DNA of 64,000 bases from Chara braunii. Taxonomy: Eukaryota > Plantae > Charophyceae. Location of the stretch: contig BFEA01000035.1 of assembly GCA_003427395.1 (NCBI GenBank), positions 976,003 to 1,040,002 of the forward strand, read 5' to 3'. Positions 51,440 through 64,000 of the stretch are shown piece by piece. Made by a program: the position numbers and the translations under genes. The notes under the pieces were generated by a model that saw only the letters and a list, made by a program, of their open reading frames with translations, made no database searches and was not told the DNA's origin. Each line of letters starts with the position of its first letter. The first letter of the stretch is position 1.

Positions 51440-52678
51440 TTTTTTTTTTTTTTCGGGTGGGTGACCCGCCACCGCAGGAAGTCGGGATGGAGGAGGGGAC
51501 GAGCCCGATGGGGAGGGAGGGGGTCTGGTGGTCAGAGGAGGTGGGACGAGGCGACGGGGTCGATGGAGGAGGGGAGGAGCCCGATGGGGAAGGAGGAGGT
51601 CCAGTGGTCGGAGGAGGTGAGACGAGGCGACGGGGTCGGGATAGAAGGGGGGAGGAATTGGGATGGGGAGGGAGGGGGTCCGGTGGTCGAAGGAGGTGAG
51701 ACGAGGCGACGGGGTCGGGATAGAAAGGGGGACCGCCGAAAGTCGGGATGGAGGACGGGAGGAGACCGATGGGGAAGGAGGTGGTCCGATGGTCGGAGGA
51801 GGTGAGACGAGGCGACAGGATGCGAGGGAGGGGTTCGGTGGTCGGGATAGGGAAGGGATGAAGTCGGGATGGGCAGGTGCTCGAAGGTGGAGGCGATGGG
51901 GTCGGGGTAGGGCATTGATGCGACTGGGGGGGGCGACGAAGTCGGGATGGGGGGCCGGCGACGAGATCGCAATAGGGGAGGGATGGGATGGGAGGTCGCG
52001 ATATGAGGGCGACGGCCCTGATTGCTTTTTTTTTACCTTTTTTTTTTTTTTTTTTTTTTTGCCCACAAAAAACGACGACGGCCTTGAGCTATCAACATGA
52101 GGGGAGGAAAGGGTAGGCAGAGAGGGAAACGAGGGGCTGTGACAAACTGTTTCGTTGGAGTTGTGAGGGGGGAGGGGGATGGGCGACGACGGCCTTAGGC
52201 AGAGAGGCAAACGAGGGGCTGTGACAAACTGTTTCGTTGGAGTTGTGAGGAGGAGGTGAGACGAGACGATGGCGTCGGGATAGAAAGGGGCAGGTATCGA
52301 GATGGGGCGACGAGGTCGGGATGCGAGGGAGGGCTCCGGTAGTCGGGATAGGGAGGGGATGAAGTCAGGATGGCGACGAGATCGCGATAGGGGAGGGATG
52401 GGATGGGAGGTCGGGATAGGAGGGCGACGGCCTTAATTGTTATTTTTACCTTTTTTTTTTTTTTTTTTTTTGCCCACAAAGAACGACGACGGCCTTGAGC
52501 TATCAACATGAGGAGGGGGGGAAGGGGTAGGCAGAGAGGGAAACGAGGGGCTGTGACAAACTGTTTCGTTGGAGTTGTGATGCGGGAGGGGGATGGGCGA
52601 CGCCGGCCTTAGGCAGAGAGACAAACGAGGGGCTGTGACAAACTGTTTCGTTGGAGTTCTGAGGGGGGAGGGGGATAG
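51440..52678. repeat. G-rich degenerate tandem repeat array
   Basis: Recurrent ggaggaggtgagacgaggcgacggggtcgggatag, and four copies of gaggggctgtgacaaactgtttcgttggagtt. Confidence 0.85.
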
Positions 52679-52702
52679 TGTCTCTTATACACATCTAGAT
52701 GT
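52679..52702. other. Partial Nextera mate-pair adapter at gap edge (artefact)
   Basis: TGTCTCTTATACACATCTAGATGT. Confidence 0.95.
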
Positions 52703-53782
52703 NNNNNNNNNNNNNNNNNNNNNNNNNNNNNNNNNNNNNNNNNNNNNNNNNNNNNNNNNNNNNNNNNNNNNNNNNNNNNNNNNNNNNNNNNNNNNNNNNN
52801 NNNNNNNNNNNNNNNNNNNNNNNNNNNNNNNNNNNNNNNNNNNNNNNNNNNNNNNNNNNNNNNNNNNNNNNNNNNNNNNNNNNNNNNNNNNNNNNNNNNN
52901 NNNNNNNNNNNNNNNNNNNNNNNNNNNNNNNNNNNNNNNNNNNNNNNNNNNNNNNNNNNNNNNNNNNNNNNNNNNNNNNNNNNNNNNNNNNNNNNNNNNN
53001 NNNNNNNNNNNNNNNNNNNNNNNNNNNNNNNNNNNNNNNNNNNNNNNNNNNNNNNNNNNNNNNNNNNNNNNNNNNNNNNNNNNNNNNNNNNNNNNNNNNN
53101 NNNNNNNNNNNNNNNNNNNNNNNNNNNNNNNNNNNNNNNNNNNNNNNNNNNNNNNNNNNNNNNNNNNNNNNNNNNNNNNNNNNNNNNNNNNNNNNNNNNN
53201 NNNNNNNNNNNNNNNNNNNNNNNNNNNNNNNNNNNNNNNNNNNNNNNNNNNNNNNNNNNNNNNNNNNNNNNNNNNNNNNNNNNNNNNNNNNNNNNNNNNN
53301 NNNNNNNNNNNNNNNNNNNNNNNNNNNNNNNNNNNNNNNNNNNNNNNNNNNNNNNNNNNNNNNNNNNNNNNNNNNNNNNNNNNNNNNNNNNNNNNNNNNN
53401 NNNNNNNNNNNNNNNNNNNNNNNNNNNGGAGTCCAGATCTGCGAGGGGGGATGGGGAGCGGGAAGTCGGGATATGGGATACGGGCAGCGGGAAAGAGAGA
53501 CAGAGAGAAATATATAGAGAGAGAGAGAGAAAGAGAGACAGAGAAAGGGAGACACAGCGAGAGAGAGAGAAAGAGAAAGAGAGAGAGAGAAAGAGAAAAA
53601 GAGAGAGAGAGAGAGAAAGAGAAAGAGAGAAACACAAAAGGAGTAAGACAAAGACAAAACAAAACTCTTGCAACAGGTAAGATGAGAAATACATCTTTCA
53701 TTTTCCCGGTCCATGTTGAATACCAGGTTTCTGCATCTTCGGTTCTCTTCACCCTATTCTCTCACTGTCTTTGCCCTTTTCG

Positions 53783-53811
53783 TCGCGGGCGGAGCCGCGG
53801 CGGGTCCACTT
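53783..53811 (+). mobile_element. Helitron-like 3' terminus
   Basis: cgcgggcggagccgcggcgggtccacttgt: hairpin-like motif; terminal CTTG instead of CTAG. Confidence 0.4.
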
Positions 53812-55026
53812 GTTTTTTGTATATCTGTCAATCTGCTATCAGTGAGGCATTTTACGGAGGAGTGCTAAGAGTAAGATCTAGGCAAGGCTTCGCAAAATTT
53901 CGGCTTTCAAAAACAAATTTTGCAATTTTGAAAAAAAATAAAAAAAATTGTGAGAACATAGGATACAGATTCAATTTTCAGAAAAGAATAAATCCAGTTT
54001 CCGGGAATATGACAACCTCCTATTATGCCTAGCAAACGAAATGCTGATAGGCTTCACAAAATTTCGGCTTTCAGGAACCAATTTTTTGCAAAATAGAATG
54101 GAGGTTCTTTTTTTTTTCCACAAAAGAATAAATCCACTTTCTGAGAATATGACCACCTCCCTTCTTATCAACTTGTATGCCCAGAAAGACGAGATGCTAA
54201 CATCAGAAATTTTCGGCTATACATGCTAATATCAGAAATTTTCGGATGCTAATATCAGAGAAACGAAATGCTACTATCAGAATTTTCCAGATATTTATTG
54301 CGAGAAAGAAAAAGAAAAAAAAGTTCTAGAGATTTGACGAAGTACTACTTGATTTACTAATAAAAACAATCAATCAATCAATCATTCTACAATCAGTAGA
54401 CCAAGCATGCTGGCTACTTGACTGGGCGGATCCTCTGATTGAGAGGTCCGCTCCGAAACCAAACTGTTGCATACCAGAACAAGAACCGACCTCTCTCACG
54501 AAGTACAAGATAACACAGCGGGAGGCTTAAATACCAATGCCGCGAGTAATGGCGTGGACTCTTAGGAATGGTTCTTGTGGTGCATATAACATCAGAGTGA
54601 TACAGGAAATCCCTAACACGCCTTCGGCCTCAGTAAGGCACAAAGAATACACTACACGAGCATTCACCACCGACAAGGGCGCCCCCGGCGCCGACGAATA
54701 TGCAATTACGGGATCGGCCTCCCTCGATAATGATAATGAGAAGGTCGACAGAGCCGCCGTAGTAGGGGAACCAAGCATGCATCATCATCATTCCATGGTG
54801 TGAAGGGGCCTGGCGCTCACACAGGAAGAATGCGCCAGTCCCCAACTATACACAGACGAAGAAGCAGGGGAATAGACGAAGAAGCGGGGGAATAGACGAA
54901 GAAGAGGGGAAGATGGGAATGTCGTCAACAGCAATTCTTCGGTACAGTCCCAAATAATCACTCGTCAAATGTCTGAATCCCAATATGTCGAGTCTGGATC
55001 CACATGTCATCAAATCCCAAAGCCAC

Positions 55027-55096
<70 letters not shown>

Positions 55097-56055
55097 AAGC
55101 CCAAATCCCCCAGCAACACTCCCGCCCGAAACAAACTACCACCAACGCACCCCCCCCAAATACCTTCACTAACCCCGACCCTTAACCTGCGTCGAGCCCA
55201 AATCCCCCAGCACCTACACCCCTCACCAAGTGGCACCGACGCACCACACCCCCCACCCCCCACCCCCCAACATCTCTCTCTCTCTCTCTCTCTTACTTGA
55301 CGAACGGCCGGTACGGCCTCGTCGGTAGGAGCTTTATTGCACCAATGCACCTGTATCGCGAGACAGGCCACCCTCGCGAAATGGCAACCGGTTTGTGTGT
55401 GCGTGTGTGTGTGAGTGTGTGTGTGTGTGTTTTGTGGGGGAGGTCTGAGGGGGGCCGCTCAGGTGTGGCGCGGTGCGGTATGATGCTCCCACTGCCAGAG
55501 CAATTAAAAAAAAAGTAAAAAAATAAAAAAATATTTGAACCGCCAAAACACCCTCAAAATACCGTGCACGGACAAATGCCGTGCCCACCCCTCGAATTTT
55601 TTTACTTTGTTTTCATAAAAAATACATTTTGATCGTAAAAAAAAAATAAAAAAAATTGGGCAGATGTCGGTTATCAAGCTACACAGACGTGACAAAAAAA
55701 AAACAGCATCACTAACCAAAAAAAATATCAAAACGGAGTTTCCGCTCTGCGTGAACTCCGTTAACTACATCCGGTCACGTTTTTCGTGACCGGCGGCTGG
55801 CCCACGTTCACCGACCCCATGAACGGTGAACGGGGGTACGGCACTGGCAGGCGGTGTGGGCGAAGCCCGCCTAAATAAGAGTGTATTGGGTGGCCTCATC
55901 CTAACCGCTCGCATAACTCGGATAGACTTAAGAAAAAAAATAAAAAAATTAGAGAGTAATAAACAATATCCTCAAACCGACTCTGCAGTCAGAGCACAAT
56001 TGAGGGATTAAAAAAAGTCCAGACTGAAAAAAAAGAGAAGGAGAAAAGGGGGGGG

Positions 56056-56131
<76 letters not shown>

Positions 56132-56269
56132 CAACAAAAAAACACATTGAATGCGTAGAATAAAGAAAGAACAACACCAGCATACAAAGAAAAAAATTTC
56201 AATTCGAAGATTTTTCATTTAATTCAAGTCAGCAACTGGGCGCACTATGATAAAGGGCAACACAAATCA

Positions 56270-56685
56270 TAACAGAGCAGAGCAGAGCAAATCATAGCAG
56301 AGCAGAAAACAGTAGTGTAGAGCAGGGTAGAAAAGGCACAGAAGAGAAGAGGAGCATAGGAAAGCAGGGAAGCGAAGAGCAGGAAAGTGTGGAGTAGAGA
56401 AGCGTAAATAAGATAAGAGTAGAGTAGAGAAAAGTAGGGAAACGTAGAGTCGAGGAGAATAGAGTAGAGTAGAGTAGAGTCGAGTGGAGAAGATAGGCGT
56501 GGAGTAGACTGGCAGTCACTGACTCAATGCAGTGGAGTGGAATGGAGTTCAGTGGAGTGGAGTGGAGTGTAGTAGAGTAGAGTGGAATGGAGTAGAGTAA
56601 AGTGGAGTGGAGTACAGTGGAGTAAAGTATAGCAGAGTGGAGTAGAGTAGAGTGAAGCGGAGTGGAGTAGAGGAGAGTGTAAAAT
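56270..56685. repeat. Degenerate pentamer array (AGAGC/AGAGT/GGAGT)n between 73-bp direct repeats
   Basis: Direct repeat agagagtaataaacaatatcct...gtccagac at ~55951 and ~56688. Confidence 0.85.
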
Positions 56686-56796
56686 CAGAGAGTAATAAAC
56701 AATATCCTTAAACCGACTATGCAGTCGGAGCACAATTAAGGGATTAAAAAAAGTCCAGACCAAAAATTCAGAAGAAAAAAAAAAAAAGAGAGAGAN

Positions 56797-56859
<63 letters not shown>

Positions 56860-58249
56860 CCGGTACTAACCTGTGAAGATGGCGCCTTGTTGGTACATCG
56901 AAGACGAAGCTGGAGCTATGGCGCCACATGTAAAGGCTCCCTGGCCTCCGCCAACCATCACTCTCTCTCTCGCCAATGCTACTCTGCCTCCTACTAGCGC
57001 CCAGCGCTGAAGACTACTGCTAACGCTACTACTCCTGCAGCGCTCCTCCAGAGTGTTGCTGCCGAATCCTGAAGGCTACCTTCTGCCTCTTGCACGTGAA
57101 GTGCCTGGGAAGTTCCTATGAACTGCCTCCTGACTGCCTGCAGCATGTAGGGCAGGCCAGTCTTATAGTGCTGGCCCGTCCAGGAGGCTGCTCTTGCCAA
57201 TGCCAAGACATGCCAGACCCTGGCGTTGAAGTTCAAACAAAGGTTGTCTTGAAAACAGGCCCAAAATGGCCTGTGCTAAAACCCTGGTCTGGTGCCTAAG
57301 TTTCAGGGCAGGTCGATCTTATGAGGGCCTGAAAATGGCCCTCCATTTCAGGATGAAAAGACTCAGGGCCTGTAGGCCCTTGTTTTCAGGCTTTCAGGCT
57401 GAAACGACACAGGGCCTGAAGGCCCTTGTTTTCAGGTTTTAAGGCTGAAACAAAAACAGGGCCTATAGGCCCTCGTTTTCAGGCTTTTAGGCTGAAACGA
57501 AAACAGGCCCTACACATACGGCCTGTAGGCCATTGTTTTCAGGCTTTTAGGCTGAAACGAAAACAGGCCCTACACATACGGACCCTTAGTCTACCTGGTC
57601 GGGCCCTGCTGGGCCCGTGTGGTACTGAGTATGCCACAACAGAGCACGGCTGACTGCCAAAAGCCACCGATGGGAGTAGTGCACGCATGTAATGCTGCTT
57701 TGTGATTTTGATGCTCTTGCTGCACAGCAGAGCTGGTTTCGGGCATGCCAGCCCTTCTGGGAATCGATGTGTACCGGACCGTCGCTAAAGGTACTCCAGC
57801 GGGACAATTAACTCGAGATGTACACGAGGATAAAAACAGTACAGACGGCGCTGACCAGGTCATCACTTGCCTGCGGCACAGGGGCGGGCCGATGTGCACC
57901 TTTAGACAATGTGCTCGTCAGATGCGTCCAGGACGTCGTTAGTGGTGAGGAAGACAATGAAGAAGGATCCAGAGGGATGGTGGGTTCAAATTGACGCTCA
58001 CTTATTGTTCAGTTCATTATTCCATGCAGCATATATCTATGCAAATGATTTTATTTTTATTAGTTTAGATGTTACTGCCTGCTGACATCTGACAGACAGC
58101 CATAGGTAGAACAGACTTCATTTCTTTGAGCTGTTTTGCTTTGTATCTGTTCCAGAACTCAAAGTGGAAGTAGGATCGTTTGTGTGAGTCTGTCCATACC
58201 TGGTTACACTGCCTGTCTGCGTTCTGAGAAACCGGACCGAATATATTAT

Positions 58250-61200
58250 TTTATTTAGCGGAGATAGTAGCAATGATGAGAGAGCAGATGACCGGAGACA
58301 GCGAACAACCCATAGGACAGCACTGAGTCAGCCCATTACCTTTAACAGCCGGGAGAGGAAAGGAGGCTACGTAGGCTAGCTGAGGAGCGGTAGCGTTTGC
58401 ACGGGGCTCAGCACGCAGCTGCAGCACCGGACAGGGCCTTGGAATTGCAGCAACAGCCGGACACGCTAGAGCAGTCGCAGCAGCCATGGCCATGCAGAGC
58501 CAGCAGATGCAGGCAGCTTCTCAAGCGAGCATAGCAGAAGCTAGTCAGGGTGTGGATTCAAGTCAGATGTGTGGCGTGCAGTCCATCCAGTAACTTCTAT
58601 TGTCGCCAGAAGACCTGGAGATACAACAGGCAGAGGATCTCCGCTTAAGAGTACAGGCCAAACTCGAGCACGCAGAGGAAAAAGAAAAGAGAGCTAAACA
58701 TAGGTAAACCAGACGAGCGAGTAGGGAAGCAGACAAGAGTAGGCTTGACGGATTGGATGAGGGAGGACTTACCGATGGTGAGCAGGCCGGGCATGCATGC
58801 TATGCGTGTATGAGTCCGTGTCTGCCTTGGAGGACAAGATAGACTCCATCCTTTCCGGCCAGGACCTGACACAGACTGTGCTCAAACAGCAGGGAAGACC
58901 AGTTCACTCTACGATGACGCCAGCAATGGTGCTACCTCCGGCGTCTGGCTTTGATCCTATGTACGGTATGAGTGAGGCTCATTAGCAGGTAGTGGCTTAC
59001 AGTCTCAGGGACATTCTTCTTCTTCAACCAACGTGGCTGCTTCGCCAGGGCAGCCTCAGCAACCACAACCCGAAGCGCAGGCTACACTGCAGGCTGGTGG
59101 GGGAGTCCCAATGGGTTCCAAAGACTTCGTTCGCACACCCAGAACCGTTTACTAGCGACGAGAAGAACAAGAACCTCAACACAGTGCCAAAGTACATAAG
59201 GAACAGAGACACGTGTCCGGAGAAGGAGGTCATTGTGGCTGCATCCTATTTGAATGGTTCTGCAGCAGGATGGTTAGACGGGGTAGTTCAGACTGAAGGG
59301 TCCTGCAGGATTTTGATTCTTGGGCAAAGGCCAGGGATCTGCATTTGTTTTTGATGTTGGTAGAGGAGAAGTGGCACGACCGCCAAGAGGTGCAGCAGGC
59401 CACACACACACTGAGGAACTTAGACTCTAGGAAGTATAGGACAATGTGTGTCACCAACATCGTAGAGATACTAGTAGTTGTCCCAGGGGTCAGATACGAA
59501 AGACAGATTATATTGACGACATACCTGATGTGTTGACCAACGGATGTCAGAAACCTGTTAGTCAACGAGGCCACGTTAGACCTACAGGACTTATCCTCCT
59601 TTAGTACGAGGGCTTTGGACTTGTGAGGCCCGACTAGGGAATGCGAGTCAGGGACCAGCTGATGGGCAGAAGAAGAAGGTACCACAAGATTGGAAGAAGA
59701 AGGGAGGCCAGCTTCTCTATATTGATGCTGAGGGGAGTCAGGGGGAGGTTGTAAATATGTTCGATTTTGTGGAGGAGATAGAGTTAGGAGGTGGCCACAT
59801 GACTTCTAAGGGAGGAGTCGTGGCTGCAGCAGCAGGAAAAGCAAAGGCAGCTGGTAGGCAAAGGGGCAGCCAGCAAAAGAGTCAGATTAAGGACCCCAAT
59901 GCACTCCTTTGGGTCAAAAGTGGGTCTGGAGGAGGATGTGTAGCGTGACCGATATGTTCGACACTTGGCCAGTACGGTCACGCTCACTCACAACGCAAGA
60001 ACAAGGAGGTGACCACGAAGGTGCCGCCCACCATTGAGCAAGTAGCATCTTCGTCCCAGGCGAGCACATCTGCAAGTAGCTCCCAAAGAAACACATCCGG
60101 CCAGTAGAAGTTGTAGCTGCTTCTACCCAAACTGGATTGGAAGATGATCCCTCACCATCCCAAAAGATGACAGGAGCTCTTGACTCTTCAATCACCTGGC
60201 AAACAGATCCAACCCAAATAATGGGATGTGTTTGTAGCCTTAGAAGAACTAGTAGGGAGTGGTCTTAGAAACAGCCTCGAGATTCCTGGGTGGCGATGAC
60301 AAAGGACGTCGGTGTACGTGGCCGCAAGTGTGGTGCTTTTGCAGACATTGGCTCTACTAGGAACTTCATCAGTCGTGCTTGTGCGAAGAGGCTGCGCGTA
60401 GGGAACCGAGTGCAGCGGCTTAGCAAAGTTGTACAATCTACCTTAGCCAACAAACAGCGCATGGCTGTAGAAGACTATGACAAGGACATAGTCTGCACCT
60501 TCTCCATGGAGGAGGGAAAGTTAATCATAAGATTTCATTTCTGGCCAGTGATGACTTAGCCTTCAACATGTTGTTAGGTATGAACTACCTTGAGGTTGCC
60601 AAGCTCCAATCCGACTGTGACCGAAAATTGTCAATGCATGTGCTGCCTAGTCGAACGACCATTAGCCTAAGGAAGTACAGTGCTCATAGGTTAGTGGACC
60701 CGTATGGCTGCATGTGCACTCCGGCATTTTACAAGTACTACAAGCAACAGCAAGATGAGGGTATGTATCTAGTTTCTGTCTCTGAGAAGGGGGAGGCCGT
60801 CAAAACACCCCCGAAGATAGAAGAAGTCTCTAAATATCCAAACCTTTTCCAAGAGCCTACAGGGGGTTGTAGAAAGGGAGGTTGTCCATGCGATAAAGTT
60901 CATTCCCAAAAGCGAAGTGTCAAAGGGAAGGATCTATAGGATGGCCCCTGCAAAGTTGGATGAACACCACCAACAAATGAAAGAGTTGACGAAGAAAGGG
61001 GTGGATTCGCCTCCGCACATCTCCCTAAGGTGCACCTGTCCTATTCATCCCGAAGAAAGGGGAATCCTTGAGGATGTGCATTGATTACAAAGGCCTCAAT
61101 GCCATCACAATTAAGATTGTTGAGCCTCTACCCCACATCAATGACCTATTGGATAAGAGTGCAGGGATGTAAATACTTTACGGATATAGATCAAAAGTCC

Positions 61201-63380
61201 GGCTACCATCAGATCTCAATACGGCCTGAGGATCAACACAAAACCGCCATTAATACCGGTTCGTGCAATGCGCCTGGTACATTCCAGCACACCATTAATC
61301 GGATTTTTCATGATTACTTCGATAAGTTTATTATCGTGTACCTTGACGACATACTTATCTTTAGAACGACTGTTGAGGAACACGTGCAACACGTTGATAT
61401 TGTGGTTGGTCTCCTTCGGGGGCACCAGTACAAGATCAACTTAGAAAAATGTGAGTTTGGCCGCACAAATATCTTATACTTGGGTCATGACATCTCCACG
61501 GACGATCTTAGGCCTGAAGATGCAAAGGTGTCTAGTACTAGGGACTGGCCACATTCTCAGTCTTTGACTGAGGTGAGGTCCTTTTGAAGGATGACGGGTT
61601 ACTACAACCTGTTTGCAAAAATTACCATATGATTGCAACCCCCTTGAAGGATCTTGCACGCCTTCACACCCCTTGGGAGTGGACAGATGATTGCGAAAGG
61701 GCCTTCAAACAGTTGAAGTATACTCTGACTCATCACAAAGAAGTCGTTTATTGTTACCACTTATACAAGCCAATATGGCATTGGCTCTCGAGCAGCAAGA
61801 AGGGAAAAGTTGAAGCGGATAGAGTAATACGAGTAAGAAGATGCCCTCCCAAAAATTGGCCAGGTCCACGTATGAGCACGAGCTGTACACCCTCTACAAG
61901 GCCTTGACACATTGAAGGCATTACCTCTTCGCCAAATTCTTCATATTGAGATCCGACCATCAAAACGCAGCCAACTCTTTCGGATGCACTAAAGCAGTGG
62001 ATTGAAGCCAGCGACCAATACGACTTCCACCTCGTGCCCCTGACGGGTGAGTACAAAAAGGTTGTGCATGCTCTATAAAATAGGACATATTACTTGGGGG
62101 CTCTGATCACGGAGTCCGGGCTTTCTCGCGATCTAACTCAATCGCATGAGCAACATCATGTGCAAGCTCGAGGCCAAAAACAGGGCCACTTCTAATGAGG
62201 TTGTGTTAGTGAACAGGTTGTTCCTTGAAAAGGCTGGGAATAAAAAAAACTATGTGTGCCAAGTAGAGAGTCCTTGTGCAGTTTATTTGTGCCAAGTAGA
62301 GAGTCCTTGCGCAGTTTATTTTTAGGTGAATATCATGATGCTACCGAGCACTTTGTATATAAGCAAACTTCAGCAAACCTGGTTCAGAGATTTTGGTGGC
62401 CCCCTCTGCTAGAGGATGCTAAGCGCTATGTAGAGACCTGCTAGGTTTGTCAGCGCGACAANNNNNNNNNNNNNNNNNNNNNNNNNNNNNNNNNNNNNNN
62501 NNNNNNNNNNNNNNNNNNNNNNNNNNNNNNNNNNNNACCTGGTTCAGAGATTTTGGTGGCCCCCTCTGCTAGAGGATGCTAAGCGCTATGTAGAGACCTG
62601 CTAGGTTTGTCAGCGCGACAAACCAAGGACCAAAGCACCTCTAGGACTAATCAAGGCCTTGCCTATCCCCGCTGGTCCCATACAAAGCTTGTCGGTGGAT
62701 TTCATGGACACCCTCATGACCAGCAAAGTGGCAAGAAACCTATCTTCGTCATAGTGGATCGGTTTTCAAAGTATGCTAGGTTAATAGAAATGCCAGAGAG
62801 CACTACGGTTGAGCACGCGATCAAACTCTTCATGGACAACTAGGTGCATGACTTTGGATGCCATAGTGAGTGACAAAGATGCCGCTTCACTACTGAATTG
62901 TCAAAGGCGGCCAAGCAGATGAGATCCCAACTCCAGATGACTTCAGGTAATCATCATGAAGCCAACGGCCAGGTTAAGACTTCATTTTACAACAGCTCGA
63001 CGCTGCCTTGATTATATAAAATCATAGTAGTTCCTTTCGGTTTCCGAAAAAATGGAACGGTAGCGGCCTCCCTCCTTTCGTATCCCTGGGCATATATGCA
63101 CCTATCCTGTATACCATGCCTCCAAACTTGCATCATTTGCTGAGACAGATCACTTTCCTTCGAGACGTGGATATCAACGAGGTTGTGGAGACGTGCCTGT
63201 GTCAAAGCCTGCCGGCCGAGGAAGACTACCAAAACCTCAAAGGGAATACCGGCTCAGATTCAGGCATCACAACGATACTAAGGAAGATCAATGGTTAAGG
63301 CGGAGCTGATGAAGACAGTGCCTCAAGTTGAGAAGACTTCTCAAGGGGAAAGATTCAGCGCAGTAACAGCATCTCAAAGG
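58250..63380 (+). pseudogene. Highly decayed Gypsy gag-pol (gag, protease, RT, RNase H, partial integrase, chromodomain)
   Basis: WVPKTSFAHPEPFTSD, FADIGSTRNFISR, VYLDDILIF, VIVDRFSKYARL; same family as 21426-30567. Confidence 0.9.
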
Positions 63381-63405
63381 ACTATCGAGGCTATGGAGGA
63401 GGGAG

Positions 63406-64000
63406 TGTGAGGCTGTAAGGCCTTGGCCAGACCCAAATGAACCCTGCCCTGAGGGCTGGCTGGTGAAATTGTCGTAAGGGCCTGCTTTGGCGAGTCTTGG
63501 GCCCTGCCTCCATGCCATATACAGTTGCAAATGCAGCGTGGGGTGGTTGAGGGCAAGGCTAGGCCCTGGTGGCCAGAGTTATGTGAGCAGGACATCGTGT
63601 GCAGAAAGAGCCCGCCCAGGCCGCAATGCGGCAAAAAGCCTTCCGGCCAATAACAACGCAGTGTGCATCAAGGTCCACGTCGGGCCCGAGGCTGCTGGGT
63701 ACCGCCTGCACTCAAGCAGGACCCCCGCAGCCAGGACTGTTTCCGTAAAAGAAAAAGTGCGCCTCGATCCAAACATTCTGGCTGGAGGCATGGTACGTGA
63801 GCTCTACTACAGCGCAGGCTCACTTGAGAGCAGGGCACCAGCTGCATCCACGGGCGCTAGTACTGAGCGCTGCTGGACGCGCAAAGCACGGCGGCCATAG
63901 CCGAGCCACATGCTTGAAAGCCGGTGGGGTTGGTTGTGGCCCTTGGGCTAGGTGGTACGTCTGTGAGGGGGATAGTCAGGGGATGAGACGTGGGAAAGAA
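63406..64000 (+). mobile_element. 3' LTR (runs off the window)
   Basis: PPT ggaggagggag at 63395-63405, then TG; tgagggggatagt.aggggatgagacgtggg shared with 43880-43912. Confidence 0.8.

Larger units (their letters stand above)
44761..57638 (-). mobile_element. Ty3/Gypsy element nested in the leader of the plus-strand Gypsy
   Basis: LTRs 44761-45900 and 54465-57638 (the latter expanded by insertions), PPT 45901-45911, degenerate PBS TGGTTTCGGAGC at 54450-54461, acaga on both flanks. Confidence 0.85.

Noticed and set aside
51221-52210. 329-aa Pro/Ser-rich extensin-like ORF
   Set aside because: It is a translation of a G/C-skewed tandem repeat including poly-T runs; there is no domain signal.
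57380-57590. Regularly spaced short repeats resembling a CRISPR array (also 4465-4600 and 33600-34040)
   Set aside because: These are tandem sub-repeats of LTRs or repeats without unique spacers; the context is eukaryotic with no cas genes.
62378-62621. Direct repeat across an N-gap (likewise 36520-36978)
   Set aside because: Identical sequence on both sides of a gap indicates an unmerged contig overlap.

Overview
Eukaryotic, repeat-dense nuclear DNA with several N-gaps. The Ty3/Gypsy families, the very long introns and the plant-type kinesin suggest a streptophyte alga such as Chara (inference). The only supportable host gene is on the minus strand: a calponin-homology-domain protein, most likely a KCH-type kinesin-14. 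Its exons at 20505-20636, 2876-3476 and probably 1103-1198 are separated by a 17-kb TE-filled intron. No N-terminal exon was found between 20637 and 64000. The rest of the window is decayed, nested transposons: one full-length chromodomain Gypsy (21426-30567) inside a TTAA-flanked TIR element, a second Gypsy (44761-57638) nested in the leader of a third (~43574 to the window end), more Gypsy fragments and solo LTRs, L1-like 3' ends, a hAT MITE, a DUF659/hAT transposase relic, Helitron-like ends and microsatellites. Two Nextera mate-pair adapter artefacts are present. The most unusual item is a ~200-bp cluster of three organelle-like tRNA pseudogenes (Leu-UAA, Leu, His-GUG) inserted into the gag gene of the full-length Gypsy, with microhomology at both junctions.
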